Origin: an uncultured Rhizobium sp.
GTDB lineage: Bacteria > Bacteroidota > Bacteroidia > NS11-12g > UBA955
Direction: 5' to 3'
NCBI GenBank assembly: GCA_964408945.1
Contig: CAYPBJ010000010.1
Location: 4,008-68,007, forward strand
Length of the DNA: 64,000 bases
Both the position numbers and the translations under genes were made by a program. Under the pieces are notes generated by a model, which saw nothing but the letters and a program-made list of their open reading frames with translations, was not told the DNA's origin and did not search any database. The number at the start of each line of letters is the position of its first letter. The first letter of the stretch is position 1. Shown piece after piece: positions 8,916 to 17,722 of the stretch.

Positions 8916-10646
8916 TTGAAAATTCTCATACAGTATTTAAAACCGCAAGGTAGGCTCATTTTTTGGGCCCTATTTTTAGCCACCATTTCTCAAGTGTTTT
9001 CCATGATGGACCCTTGGGTAGGAAGAAACATCATTGATAAATATTTGAATCAATTTCAAAAGTTTGGTCAGCACGAGTTCATCATGGGTGTTTTGGGCTG
9101 GCTGGGAATAGGTGTAAGTGTGGCAATGATCAGCAGAATTGCCAAGAATCTGCAAGATTATTTTGTGAATGTAGCCATCCAAAAGGCTGGAGCCAGAATT
9201 TTCACCGATGGTATAAAACATACCTTGGCTTTACCTTATGCTACTTTCGAAGATCACCGAAGTGGTGAAACATTGAACATCCTACAAAAAGTTAGAACAG
9301 ATTCTGAGAGATTGATCTCATTGGCAATCAATTTGCTTTATACCAGTGTGGTGGGTATTGTCTTTGTTTTTGCAGCATCTTTTTCCGTGCATTGGTTGAT
9401 TGCTCCCGTATTTTTAAGTGCCATGCTTGTAGTGGGGGTGAGCAGTTCCGTTTTAAGCAAACAAATCAAGTTTATCCAAAAAATCATCATGAAGGAAACC
9501 AGCACTCTTGCGGGTACCACTACAGAGAGTTTGAGGAACATTGAACTGGTGAAAAGTTTAGGATTAGTCAATCAAGAAATGCGAAGAATCAGCAGCAATA
9601 CGCTCAAAATTCTTGGCTTGGAATTGAAAAAGGTGAAAAAAGTGAGAACCTTGGGTTTTGTGCAAGGAACCACAGTGAACCTCATGAGAAATGTGCTATT
9701 GTTGTTTTTGAGTTGGATGGTTTTTCAAGCAAAAATTACCCCAGGAATGTACATTCAGTTTTTATTTTACACCTTTTTTATCTTTAATCCTCTTCAAGAA
9801 CTAGGAACCTTCATTCAGGCATACAGGGAGGCAGATGTTTCGCTGAATCGTTTTGATCAGTTGCTCAAAATGCCCGAAGAAACGGTTCCTGCAAATCCTG
9901 CGGTATTGGGTGACATTCAATCCATTGAATTCAAAAATGTCAGTTTCAAACATCAGTCAGCAAAACAAAATGCACTTGATAACATTGATTTTAAGTTAGG
10001 CAAGGGTGAAACGATTGCCTTTGTTGGGCCATCAGGAAGCGGCAAAAGTACTATGGTTAAGTTGTTGGTAGGATTGTATTTGCCTACCGATGGTGACGTG
10101 GTTTTTAACGGAAATTCCGTAACTGACATAGATAGAAATGAGATTAGAGCTCAATTGGGATTGGTTTCTCAAGAGAGTCAACTTTTCTCTGGGACTATTA
10201 AAGAGAACCTTCAGTTTGTATCTCCCGAGGCATCGGAACAAGACATTCTTAATGCATTAAACGCTGCTGCAACCCAGAATCTATTGCAAAGGGCAGAAAA
10301 CGGTTTGGATACTCAAATAGGAGAGGGCGGAATTAAAGTTTCGGGTGGCGAAAAGCAGAGGTTATCTATAGCCCGTGCTTTGTTGAGAAATCCGAAATTA
10401 TTGATTTTTGACGAAGCAACCAGTGCGTTAGATTCAATCACCGAAAGTGAAATAACCGAAACCTTAAGAGACATATCCTCTCAAAAAGATAGAATCAACG
10501 TAATGATTGCACATAGACTGAGTACCATTATGCATGCAGACCGTATTTATGTCCTCGAAAAAGGAAAAATAATAGAAGTGGGAACTCATTCAGAGCTTTT
10601 AGAGTTGAAGGGACTTTATTACGCCATGTGGCGACAGCAGACTTAA
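8916..10646 (+). CDS. ABC transporter, fused permease/ATPase (MsbA-like exporter)
   Basis: 576 aa with an N-terminal six-TM domain. Walker A is GPSGSGKST, the signature is VSGGEKQRLSIARAL and Walker B is LLIFDEATSALD. The start appears to be TTG; there is no in-frame ATG upstream of TM1. Confidence 0.85.
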   Translation: MKILIQYLKPQGRLIFWALFLATISQVFSMMDPWVGRNIIDKYLNQFQKFGQHEFIMGVLGWLGIGVSVAMISRIAKNLQDYFVNVAIQKAGARIFTDGIKHTLALPYATFEDHRSGETLNILQKVRTDSERLISLAINLLYTSVVGIVFVFAASFSVHWLIAPVFLSAMLVVGVSSSVLSKQIKFIQKIIMKETSTLAGTTTESLRNIELVKSLGLVNQEMRRISSNTLKILGLELKKVKKVRTLGFVQGTTVNLMRNVLLLFLSWMVFQAKITPGMYIQFLFYTFFIFNPLQELGTFIQAYREADVSLNRFDQLLKMPEETVPANPAVLGDIQSIEFKNVSFKHQSAKQNALDNIDFKLGKGETIAFVGPSGSGKSTMVKLLVGLYLPTDGDVVFNGNSVTDIDRNEIRAQLGLVSQESQLFSGTIKENLQFVSPEASEQDILNALNAAATQNLLQRAENGLDTQIGEGGIKVSGGEKQRLSIARALLRNPKLLIFDEATSALDSITESEITETLRDISSQKDRINVMIAHRLSTIMHADRIYVLEKGKIIEVGTHSELLELKGLYYAMWRQQT

Positions 10647-11071
10647 ATCAAGACCATTTTGTAGTGCTCAATTTCTGCTTCAACGAATAAATCTCCAGAC
10701 CTTGTAAATCCAAATTGAGCATAAAACGACTCAGCGTGAGTTTGAGCGTGCAAATAAATCACGGGTTTTGTAAGATTCATTTCAGCAATTTTTTCTAAAC
10801 AAGATTTCACCAATTCTGCTCCAATGCGGTTGCCTCTGTATTCCTTAAGAACTGCGAATCGCTCGAGTTTTATACCGTATTCTGTTTCTCTGAATCTGCA
10901 TGTTCCGGCAGGGATTCCTTTGTATTTTGCCAAAAAGTGTTGACTGCTTTCTTCGAATTGGTCGTATTCCTCTTTAGGGTCAACTGACTGTTCAATTACA
11001 AAAACTTTGCGTCGAATCTCAAAGATATCGGTCATTTGTTGGGCTGAGCGGGCTGGAAAAATTTCAATCAT
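10643..11071 (-). CDS. GNAT-family N-acetyltransferase
   Basis: 142 aa. The acetyl-CoA binding motif is visible (VLKEYRGNRIGAELV), followed by a C-terminal YAQFGF. Confidence 0.8.
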   Translation of the reverse strand: MIEIFPARSAQQMTDIFEIRRKVFVIEQSVDPKEEYDQFEESSQHFLAKYKGIPAGTCRFRETEYGIKLERFAVLKEYRGNRIGAELVKSCLEKIAEMNLTKPVIYLHAQTHAESFYAQFGFTRSGDLFVEAEIEHYKMVLI

Positions 11072-11083
11072 CAGAAAAATGGT

Positions 11084-11091
11084 TATTTTTG
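11084..11091 (+). promoter_or_regulatory. Bacteroidota-type -7 promoter box (TATTTTTG) for fbaB-accD-gcvH
   Basis: Exact TAnnTTTG match, 32 nt upstream of ATG 11124. Confidence 0.45.
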
Positions 11092-11094
11092 TTC

Positions 11095-11102
11095 CAAATT
11101 TA
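11095..11102 (-). promoter_or_regulatory. Bacteroidota-type -7 promoter box (TAAATTTG) for the GNAT gene
   Basis: Plus strand reads caaattta, so the reverse complement is TAAATTTG. It lies 23 nt upstream of the GNAT start at 11071 and interlocks with the plus-strand box at 11084-11091. Confidence 0.45.
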
Positions 11103-11123
11103 ACCCATAATTAAGAAATACGA

Positions 11124-12182
11124 ATGTCGAACACCAACATCGAACAACTGTTAGGAAAAGATGCAGAGTATCTTTTGAATCACAAATGCAACACCATCAG
11201 CAAAGAGAGCATTCATGTTCCTGGTGCTGATTTCGTAGATCGCATTTTTGCTCAAACTAATCGTTCAACCCAAGTATTGCGTTCATTGCAATCTCTATAC
11301 GGTCATGGACGTTTGGCTAATACGGGTTATTTGAGCATTCTTCCAGTTGATCAGGGGATTGAACACAGTGCAGGTGCGTCATTTGCACCAAATCCTATAT
11401 ATTTTGATCCAGAAAATATCATCAAACTTGCCATTGAGGGCGGTTGCAATGCAGTAGCTTCAACCTACGGTGTTTTGGCTATGAACTCAAGAAAATATGC
11501 ACATAAGATTCCGTTCATTGTAAAAATTAACCACAATGAATTCTTGTCTTATCCAAATAAATTTGATCAATTCATGTTTGGTTCTGTTCGCGATGCTTGG
11601 AACTTAGGTGCTGCAGCTGTTGGAGCAACCATCTACTTCGGAAGTCCTGAAAGTTCTAGACAAATCATGGAAGTGGCAGCGGCATTCGAAGAAGCACATT
11701 CTTTAGGAATGGCAACCATTTTGTGGTGCTACACTCGTAACAACGGATTTAAAGTTGACGGCGTTGATTATCACACGTCTTCTGATTTAACCGGTCAAGC
11801 AAATCATTTGGGTGTAACCATTCAAGCTGATATCATCAAGCAAAAACTACCAACCAACAACGGTGGATACAATGCAACCAAGCATGGTAAAACCCACCCA
11901 AAGGTATATTCTGAACTTACAACTGATCACCCAATTGATCTTACTCGCTACCAAGTAGCTAATTGTTATATGGGTCGTGCTGGTTTAATCAATTCAGGTG
12001 GAGAAGCAAAAGGCCAAGGAGATATCGAAGAAGCAGTATTCACCGCAGTAGTGAACAAACGTGCTGCCGGTTCTGGATTGATCTTAGGTAGAAAAGCGTT
12101 CCAAAAGCCATTGACCGAAGGTATTCAATTGCTGAACTCTGTTCAAGATGTTTATCTTGACTCATCAGTAACTATAGCATAA
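11124..12182 (+). CDS. fbaB: Class I fructose-bisphosphate aldolase (FbaB/DhnA type)
   Basis: 352 aa. Similarity to the E. coli FbaB type runs along the whole length ([22 protein letters not shown]; IVKINHNE; ADIIKQKLP). Confidence 0.8.
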   Translation: MSNTNIEQLLGKDAEYLLNHKCNTISKESIHVPGADFVDRIFAQTNRSTQVLRSLQSLYGHGRLANTGYLSILPVDQGIEHSAGASFAPNPIYFDPENIIKLAIEGGCNAVASTYGVLAMNSRKYAHKIPFIVKINHNEFLSYPNKFDQFMFGSVRDAWNLGAAAVGATIYFGSPESSRQIMEVAAAFEEAHSLGMATILWCYTRNNGFKVDGVDYHTSSDLTGQANHLGVTIQADIIKQKLPTNNGGYNATKHGKTHPKVYSELTTDHPIDLTRYQVANCYMGRAGLINSGGEAKGQGDIEEAVFTAVVNKRAAGSGLILGRKAFQKPLTEGIQLLNSVQDVYLDSSVTIA

Positions 12183-12193
12183 TTTTGAAAGAT

Positions 12194-13090
12194 ATGTCTT
12201 CTGCAGGATTTGAAGAGTTCGATGAACTCGATTCAAACGACTCAAAGTGGTATCAGCGAACTCTAACGGGGATTCTTACCAAAACTAAAGATAAGAAACC
12301 TACCCCTGACGGTTTGTGGGAGAAATGTAAACGTTGCAAAACAGTTCATACTGCCAAAGATTGGATTGATCACAAATACGTTTGTCCTTCATGCAACTAT
12401 CACGAAAGAATTGGTTCACACGAGTATTTCGAAATCTTGTTTGACAACAACGAATTTACCGAGCTCAACGAGAACCTAAGCAGTGGTGACCCTCTTAATT
12501 TCGTTGATTCAGCACCCTACTCCGATAGAATTGTAGTGGCTCAGAAGAAAACAGGATTGAAGGACGCCGTAAGAACAGCCACCGGAAAAATGAATGGACA
12601 TCCTTTCACCGTTGCATGTATGGATTTCAACTTTATTGGCGGTTCTATGGGTTCTGTAGTGGGTGAAAAGATTGCTCGTGCAATTGATTACTCGATCGCC
12701 AACAAAACGCCTTTTTTGATGATATCAAAATCGGGTGGTGCCCGTATGATGGAAGCTGCTTTTTCTTTGATGCAAATGGCAAAAACCAGTGCTAAATTAG
12801 CGCTTTTGAATAAAGCCGGTATCCCTTACATTTCGTTGATGACCAATCCTACAACTGGAGGAGTAACCGCTTCATACGCCATGCTGGGCGACTTTAATAT
12901 TGCAGAACCTGAAGCGTTGATTGGATTTGCAGGGCCTCGCGTCATTCGTGAAACCATAGGCAAGGATCTTCCCAAGGGCTTTCAGAGTTCAGAATTTTTG
13001 GTTGAACACGGATTTCTCGACTTCATTGTTGGGAGAAACGAATTGAAAGAAAAATTAACGAGTCTTTTAAGTATCATTTGGAATAAATAA
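12194..13090 (+). CDS. accD: Acetyl-CoA carboxylase carboxyltransferase subunit beta
   Basis: It has a zinc ribbon ([26 protein letters not shown]), the [14 protein letters not shown] motif and GGARMMEA. The track starts at TTG 12185; ATG 12194 is the first ATG. Confidence 0.9.
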   Translation: MSSAGFEEFDELDSNDSKWYQRTLTGILTKTKDKKPTPDGLWEKCKRCKTVHTAKDWIDHKYVCPSCNYHERIGSHEYFEILFDNNEFTELNENLSSGDPLNFVDSAPYSDRIVVAQKKTGLKDAVRTATGKMNGHPFTVACMDFNFIGGSMGSVVGEKIARAIDYSIANKTPFLMISKSGGARMMEAAFSLMQMAKTSAKLALLNKAGIPYISLMTNPTTGGVTASYAMLGDFNIAEPEALIGFAGPRVIRETIGKDLPKGFQSSEFLVEHGFLDFIVGRNELKEKLTSLLSIIWNK

Positions 13091-13101
13091 ACACAATTAA
13101 T

Positions 13102-13482
13102 ATGAATTTTCCTGAAAATTTAAAGTACACCAAAGACCACGAGTGGATCTTGGTTGAAGGTGATCAAGCTACCATTGGTATCACTGAGTTTGCGCAAGGC
13201 GAGTTGGGCGATATCGTTTTTGTTGATATTGCCACTCAAGGTGAGACTTTAGGTGCAGAAGAAGTTTTCGGTTCAGTAGAAGCCGTAAAAACCGTGAGCG
13301 AACTATACATGCCCGTTGCTGGTGAAGTATTAGAAGTGAATTCTTCTCTTGACGGCACTCCTGAATCAATTAACGCTGACCCATACGGTGACGGTTGGAT
13401 GATCAAGGTGAAAATGTCAAATGCTGCTGATGCAGACGCTTTATTGACCGCTGATCAGTACAAAGCCCTTATTGGTGCTTAA
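13102..13482 (+). CDS. gcvH: Glycine cleavage system protein H
   Basis: 126 aa with the lipoyl-lysine motif VEAVKTVSELYMPV, YTKDHEWI at the N-terminus and DPYGDGWMIK. Confidence 0.92.
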   Translation: MNFPENLKYTKDHEWILVEGDQATIGITEFAQGELGDIVFVDIATQGETLGAEEVFGSVEAVKTVSELYMPVAGEVLEVNSSLDGTPESINADPYGDGWMIKVKMSNAADADALLTADQYKALIGA

Positions 13483-13876
13483 TTTTAAAAACACAATTTT
13501 TAAATGGGTCCCCGCAATTTTGTGGGGACTTTTTATTTCTTGGGCAACCTTAAAGCCCACGAGCCATTCAACTTTGAGTATCCCCATCTGGGCCGCCTCC
13601 CTTCATTTAGATAAATGGGTGCATTTTGGATTTTGGTTCATTTGGACATTCATCTTCCTTAAGGGAGTTAAACCTACAGGGATTTTTGCATTGGTTTCGC
13701 TTGTTTTTTTCTCTGCATACGGCGGATTCATTGAATTGCTTCAAGGCTCAATGAATTTAGGTAGAACTTGTGATATTTGGGACTGGGTAGCCGATACGTT
13801 GGGTGTGATCGCGGTTCCTATATATAATAAATTGTTGGGGTCACAAAAAAGGCCCGCCAAAGCGAGCCTTTTTTAA
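13472..13876 (+). CDS. VanZ-family membrane protein
   Basis: 134 aa with four TM segments. WVPAILWGLFISWATLKP and GFIELLQ...R..D..D...D..G are VanZ-like. No in-frame ATG precedes TM1, so the start must be TTG 13472 or GTG 13475, overlapping the gcvH end. Confidence 0.65.
   Translation: MVLNFKNTIFKWVPAILWGLFISWATLKPTSHSTLSIPIWAASLHLDKWVHFGFWFIWTFIFLKGVKPTGIFALVSLVFFSAYGGFIELLQGSMNLGRTCDIWDWVADTLGVIAVPIYNKLLGSQKRPAKASLF
13508..13537 (+). terminator. Rho-independent terminator-like hairpin after gcvH (inside the vanZ-like reading frame)
   Basis: A 9-bp stem (GTCCCCGCA ATTT TGTGGGGAC, including one G-U pair) is followed by TTTTTATTT. It starts 26 nt after the gcvH stop. Confidence 0.6.
13845..13874. 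terminator. Bidirectional terminator-like hairpin between convergent genes
   Basis: The sequence is AAAAAA GGCCCGC CAAA GCGAGCC TTTTTT: a 7-position stem with one mismatch, flanked by an A-run and a T-run. It overlaps the last codons of the vanZ-like gene. The convergent gene ends at 13911. Confidence 0.5.
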
Positions 13877-13910
13877 GATTGATGTTCTATCTTAAAAAGA
13901 TGTAAGAATC

Positions 13911-14363
13911 TTATTTGAACATGGTAGCTTGGTAACCACGGCTAGCGTCGCCTTTCAAAGACAAACTAACAGTAATTGATCCTTGAGCACCAGCTTTGGT
14001 TTTCAACTGCTTAGCCATAGCTTCAGACATGAAAACACAAGTAGTCCATTCTGGATCTTCTTTAATGCTAACTTTCAATTTTTGAGAACCAACCGGAGGA
14101 TTGCAAGGGGCTGTCTGTGCACCTTTTGCGCCTGGAGCAGCATGTGGAGCTGCATGAGGAGCACCAGCAGGAGCACCTACTGCCTGTTGGCCAGGACCGC
14201 TTACAGCTTCGAAAGTTACAGTAATTCCTGTAACCATCACTTGACGGTTGTTGTAGTTTTTTTGATTTTGAGCGAACTGCATACCAGCAACTTGCTCACC
14301 TTGTGCCATAACTGCGCCAATCATTAAGATTCCAGCAGCTAAAAAAGAAGTGATTTTTTTCAT
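13911..14363 (-). CDS. Hypothetical secreted protein with Ala/Pro/His-rich linker
   Basis: 150 aa with a signal peptide (LMIGAVMAQG). A central AVGAPAGAPHAAPHAAPGAKGAQTAP tract sits between two small beta-rich segments, and there are two Cys. I recognise no family. Confidence 0.6.
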   Translation of the reverse strand: MKKITSFLAAGILMIGAVMAQGEQVAGMQFAQNQKNYNNRQVMVTGITVTFEAVSGPGQQAVGAPAGAPHAAPHAAPGAKGAQTAPCNPPVGSQKLKVSIKEDPEWTTCVFMSEAMAKQLKTKAGAQGSITVSLSLKGDASRGYQATMFK

Positions 14364-14449
14364 ATTTCAGAGTTTGTAATGCAATCTAAATTAATTATTT
14401 GTCTAATCGTTCAATTTGTGTTCGATATTATATAATGTTATATGTAAAT

Positions 14450-14491
14450 AGTGTAAAAAAAACAAAAACGCCCCAATAATTTGAGGCGTTT
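14450..14491 (-). terminator. Rho-independent terminator of tRNA-Cys
   Basis: A hairpin (AAACGCC ... GGCGTTT, 14466-14491) lies immediately 3' of the tRNA on the minus strand. On that strand it is followed by TTTTTGTTTTTTTT. Confidence 0.6.
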
Positions 14492-14496
14492 TAGGG

Positions 14497-14567
14497 AGGT
14501 CGGAACCGGATTCGAACCGGTGTAAAGGGTTTTGCAGACCCGTGCCTAGCCGCTCGGCCATCCGACC
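14497..14567 (-). tRNA. tRNA-Cys (anticodon GCA)
   Basis: The reverse complement reads GGTCGGATGGCCGAGCGGCTAGGCACGGGTCTGCAAAACCCTTTACACCGGTTCGAATCCGGTTCCGACCT. The acceptor stem is GGTCGGA/TCCGACC, the T arm is ACCGG-TTCGAAT-CCGGT, and the anticodon loop is CTGCAAA. The outermost anticodon-stem pair is a C-T mismatch, and CCA is not encoded. Confidence 0.85.
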
Positions 14568-14583
14568 TTATTTTTAAGGACTG

Positions 14584-14591
14584 CAAAAATA
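14584..14591 (-). promoter_or_regulatory. Bacteroidota-type -7 promoter box (TATTTTTG) for tRNA-Cys
   Basis: Plus strand reads caaaaata, so the reverse complement is TATTTTTG. There are 16 nt between the final G and the mature tRNA 5' end. Confidence 0.45.
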
Positions 14592-14660
14592 ACCCAATTC
14601 AAGCAATCCCACAACTAGAACCGATAAAATTATTTTAATAGACGATAATTGGAACTTTAA

Positions 14661-15341
14661 TTAGCGTTCAGAAATGATTTTACCGTCTGCCATTGTGATT
14701 ACTCGGTCAGTGCGTTTGGCAAAATCATCATCGTGGGTGACAATGAGCATAGACATTCCTAGGCTAGCTGTTAAGTCTTTGAAAATTCCAAAAACCAAAT
14801 CCGCATTTTTAGAATCTAAATTTCCCGTGGGTTCGTCACCCATAATGATATCTGGGTCATTGATTAGTGCTCGGGCGATGGCGACGCGCTGTTTTTGTCC
14901 GCCAGAGATTTGAGTGGCACGTTTCTTGGCCTGCTCTGCAATATCTAACATCTTGAGTTTCTCATAGGCAATGTGTTCAACCTCTGCGCGAGACTTTAAC
15001 CCGAGTTTTAAAGCAGGCATCATGACGTTTTCCAACACTGAAAACTCAGGCAACAAATAGTGAAATTGAAACACAAAGCCAATATGCTCATTGCGAACCT
15101 TGGCCAGTTCATTGGGTGATTTGCCCGTAAGTAATTCTCCTTTGAGCCAAATTTCACCTTCGTAATTCGTGTCCATGGTGCTTAATAAGTACAATAAGGT
15201 ACTTTTTCCGCACCCACTTTTTCCTTGAATAGATACAAATTCTCCTTTGTTCATAGAGAAATTTACCCCATTCAAGACCTGAACTTTTACCGGGTCGTAA
15301 AAGTACTTATTGATATTCCTGACTTCCAGAATGACACTCAT
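14661..15341 (-). CDS. ABC transporter ATP-binding protein (MacB/LolD-type)
   Basis: 226 aa. Walker A is GKSGCGKSTLL, the signature is ISGGQKQRVAIARAL and Walker B is IIMGDEPTGNLD. Confidence 0.9.
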   Translation of the reverse strand: MSVILEVRNINKYFYDPVKVQVLNGVNFSMNKGEFVSIQGKSGCGKSTLLYLLSTMDTNYEGEIWLKGELLTGKSPNELAKVRNEHIGFVFQFHYLLPEFSVLENVMMPALKLGLKSRAEVEHIAYEKLKMLDIAEQAKKRATQISGGQKQRVAIARALINDPDIIMGDEPTGNLDSKNADLVFGIFKDLTASLGMSMLIVTHDDDFAKRTDRVITMADGKIISER

Positions 15342-15342
15342 G

Positions 15343-16608
15343 TTATTGTCCTCTAATGATTTCTACAGGGTCAATTTTACTGGCTTTACGAGCAGGAAGA
15401 TATCCCGCAAAAAAAGTAGTGACAAGCGCAAACAGACTTCCGCCTATATAAAATGCAAGTTCAAAATTCACAGGGAACGTCTTAACCGTGGGTAAGGCCT
15501 CCGTTTCAAAAGGCGCTTTGCTGATCAATACGCTGACACCGTAACCCATTAAAAGTCCTACAGCACCGCCAATAATGCCAATCAATAATGCTTGATAAAT
15601 GAATATGCGTTTCACATCTCCGCCTGAAAATCCCATAGCCTTTAATATAGCAATGTCGTTCATTTTTTCATAAATCAACATGTTCAGAATATTGTATATC
15701 CCAAATCCAGCAACAATTAAAAGCGTAATAGAAACAGCATAACTTATGAGGTTTCTGATGCTAGTTCCGGTTTCGAATTGGGCATTAGCGGTATTGATGT
15801 CAACGGCATGTACACCAAATGATTCCGAAATCTCATCAGTCATGGGAATTGCATTTTCAATGTCTTTGAGTTTGATATACAGATCAGTAGCATAGGATGG
15901 GCCCTCATTGGCCGCCATTTGAGCGGTTTTAATATTGGCGTAACTTTGAATATTGTCTACATCAGCAAGTCCACTTTGGAAAAAAGCCACAATCTTCAAT
16001 CTCATCGATTCACCGTTCGGCGTAATCAACGGTACATAATCTCCCACTTTCAGACGTAGTTTTTTTGCCACCCCAGCACCTAAGATGATCCCGGTTTTAC
16101 TGTTATTGAGATCTTCAGGTTTACCGCCGATCACATATTGATTGAAATTAAACAATTTCTCTTGTTCAATGGCGTCTATTCCCATTAAGTTTCCATTCAG
16201 AAGCACACTTCCCGATTGGTAAAACACCCTTGCCGATACCAGAGGAGTAATACCCTTAACTCGCGGGTCTTTTTGAAGGGCGAGTCTGATGCCCTGGTTG
16301 TTTCTAATGCTTGCTTGTGACCTCCGAGGTTTTACATTTTCAATAACGTGCACAAAGCCAGAATCTTTGAAAGGATCAGCCAGTTCAATGGGTTGTACCT
16401 TGCTCGCCTCAACTTCATTGTAAATTCTAATGTGAGGAGTTCTGTTGAGGATTAAACCGTCTAACAAGCCATTTAAACCGGTCATGAAGCTCATCAAAAT
16501 AATGTAGGTGCCAATTCCAAAGGTCACCCCAAGTGCAGCAATAATTGATTGCTTTTTGCGCTCAACTAAATGGGTACGAGCTATTTTTACCAAGACCGAA
16601 TTGTTCAT
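15343..16608 (-). CDS. ABC transporter permease, FtsX/MacB-type
   Basis: 421 aa. It has an N-terminal TM segment, a large periplasmic domain and a C-terminal FtsX-like three-TM bundle (ILKAMGFSGGDVKRIFIYQALLIGIIGG). Confidence 0.85.
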   Translation of the reverse strand: MNNSVLVKIARTHLVERKKQSIIAALGVTFGIGTYIILMSFMTGLNGLLDGLILNRTPHIRIYNEVEASKVQPIELADPFKDSGFVHVIENVKPRRSQASIRNNQGIRLALQKDPRVKGITPLVSARVFYQSGSVLLNGNLMGIDAIEQEKLFNFNQYVIGGKPEDLNNSKTGIILGAGVAKKLRLKVGDYVPLITPNGESMRLKIVAFFQSGLADVDNIQSYANIKTAQMAANEGPSYATDLYIKLKDIENAIPMTDEISESFGVHAVDINTANAQFETGTSIRNLISYAVSITLLIVAGFGIYNILNMLIYEKMNDIAILKAMGFSGGDVKRIFIYQALLIGIIGGAVGLLMGYGVSVLISKAPFETEALPTVKTFPVNFELAFYIGGSLFALVTTFFAGYLPARKASKIDPVEIIRGQ

Positions 16609-16611
16609 GGT

Positions 16612-17700
16612 TTATTTCTTCTTTTTCAGTGGAAGCAAAACCGTTTCGCCATCCTTTAAACCATCCAATACTTCCACGAAAAGATCGCTTTTTAATCCGG
16701 GTTTAATGGTCTTTAGTCCATCTGATGTTTCCACTTGATTGTTCTCTTTTAGAAATTTTTGAGGAATCACCAATGCGTTGTTTTTTGTTTCAATGACAAT
16801 ATTTGCCTCGGCGGTAAGTCCTGGAATTAAGTTGGGGATATCCTCGGTGAAAACAGCTTCGGCTTTGAAAGATTGGGTTTTAGCATCAATTGCGGGAGTA
16901 ATATTTGAGATTTTAGCTTTGAAACTCTTGGAAAAAGCATCCATCTTAACCCAAACCTCTTGTCCGCGTTGAATTTTTTCTAAATCTACTTCGTCAATTT
17001 CTAATTCAATGAAAAAGGATTGTCCTGATCCAACAACAGCAGCAACCTGTTGAGGGCCAACCAAATCACCTTTGTTAAGCGGCAAGGAAAATACCTGTCC
17101 TTCAATCTCACTGCTAATTGTAAAGAACTTCAGGTTTTCATTGGCGTTATTTTGATTCAATTCAGCTATTTTCTGGCTGTATTGTTTTTGTTTTTGGAGC
17201 TGTAATCTTTTAGATGTTAAAATGGTTAGTTGACTTTTTGAGGCATCGAATTTTAACTTTCTCAATTCCAACTGGTTTTTACTGCCAATTCCCTCAGAAA
17301 ACAACTTGCTTTGTCTAGCGAAATCTATCGAATCTTGTTCAACTGTTTTTCTTGCGAGCAAAATTTGATTTCTCAATTGCAACAAGTCGTATTCTGGAAG
17401 TTCGGCTTGTTTTTTTTGCATTTCGGCAAGTTCAATGTTGTTAAGCTGAATATTGGTACTGATTCTTCCAATTTCTTGACCCACTTTAACGGTTTCGCCC
17501 TCTTTTACCGTATACCCCAAAAATCTGCCTGTTGACAAGGGTCTAACATCGTATTGGTTAAGTGCTTTAACCTTGCCACTGGCATATACGGAGTGTACAA
17601 TGTTCTTTCTTTTTGCTTGCGTCGATTCGTATTTTTCGCCGCACGAAATTAAAAATGTAGCAAAAATAGCCAATAGAAGGGGGTAGGTGTGGGGCTTCAT
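16612..17700 (-). CDS. Efflux periplasmic adaptor lipoprotein (HlyD/MFP family)
   Basis: 362 aa with a lipobox (FLISCGE), a long coiled-coil segment and a beta-barrel C-terminus. It is the first gene of a three-gene MFP-permease-ATPase unit. Confidence 0.8.
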   Translation of the reverse strand: MKPHTYPLLLAIFATFLISCGEKYESTQAKRKNIVHSVYASGKVKALNQYDVRPLSTGRFLGYTVKEGETVKVGQEIGRISTNIQLNNIELAEMQKKQAELPEYDLLQLRNQILLARKTVEQDSIDFARQSKLFSEGIGSKNQLELRKLKFDASKSQLTILTSKRLQLQKQKQYSQKIAELNQNNANENLKFFTISSEIEGQVFSLPLNKGDLVGPQQVAAVVGSGQSFFIELEIDEVDLEKIQRGQEVWVKMDAFSKSFKAKISNITPAIDAKTQSFKAEAVFTEDIPNLIPGLTAEANIVIETKNNALVIPQKFLKENNQVETSDGLKTIKPGLKSDLFVEVLDGLKDGETVLLPLKKKK

Positions 17701-17722
17701 TATACAAAGGTCATTAAAATGT

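Noticed and set aside
13983-14327. 114-aa plus-strand ORF
   Set aside because: It is antisense to the secreted Ala/Pro-rich protein gene. The locally GC-rich repeat keeps the mirror frame open. The minus-strand frame has a proper signal peptide, so I kept that one.
14497-14567. Possibility that the tRNA-Cys is a pseudogene because of a C-T mismatch at the top of the anticodon stem
   Set aside because: The acceptor, T and D arms and the 7-nt anticodon loop are intact, and the gene has its own promoter box and terminator. A single mismatch at position 27:43 is tolerated in many functional tRNAs.
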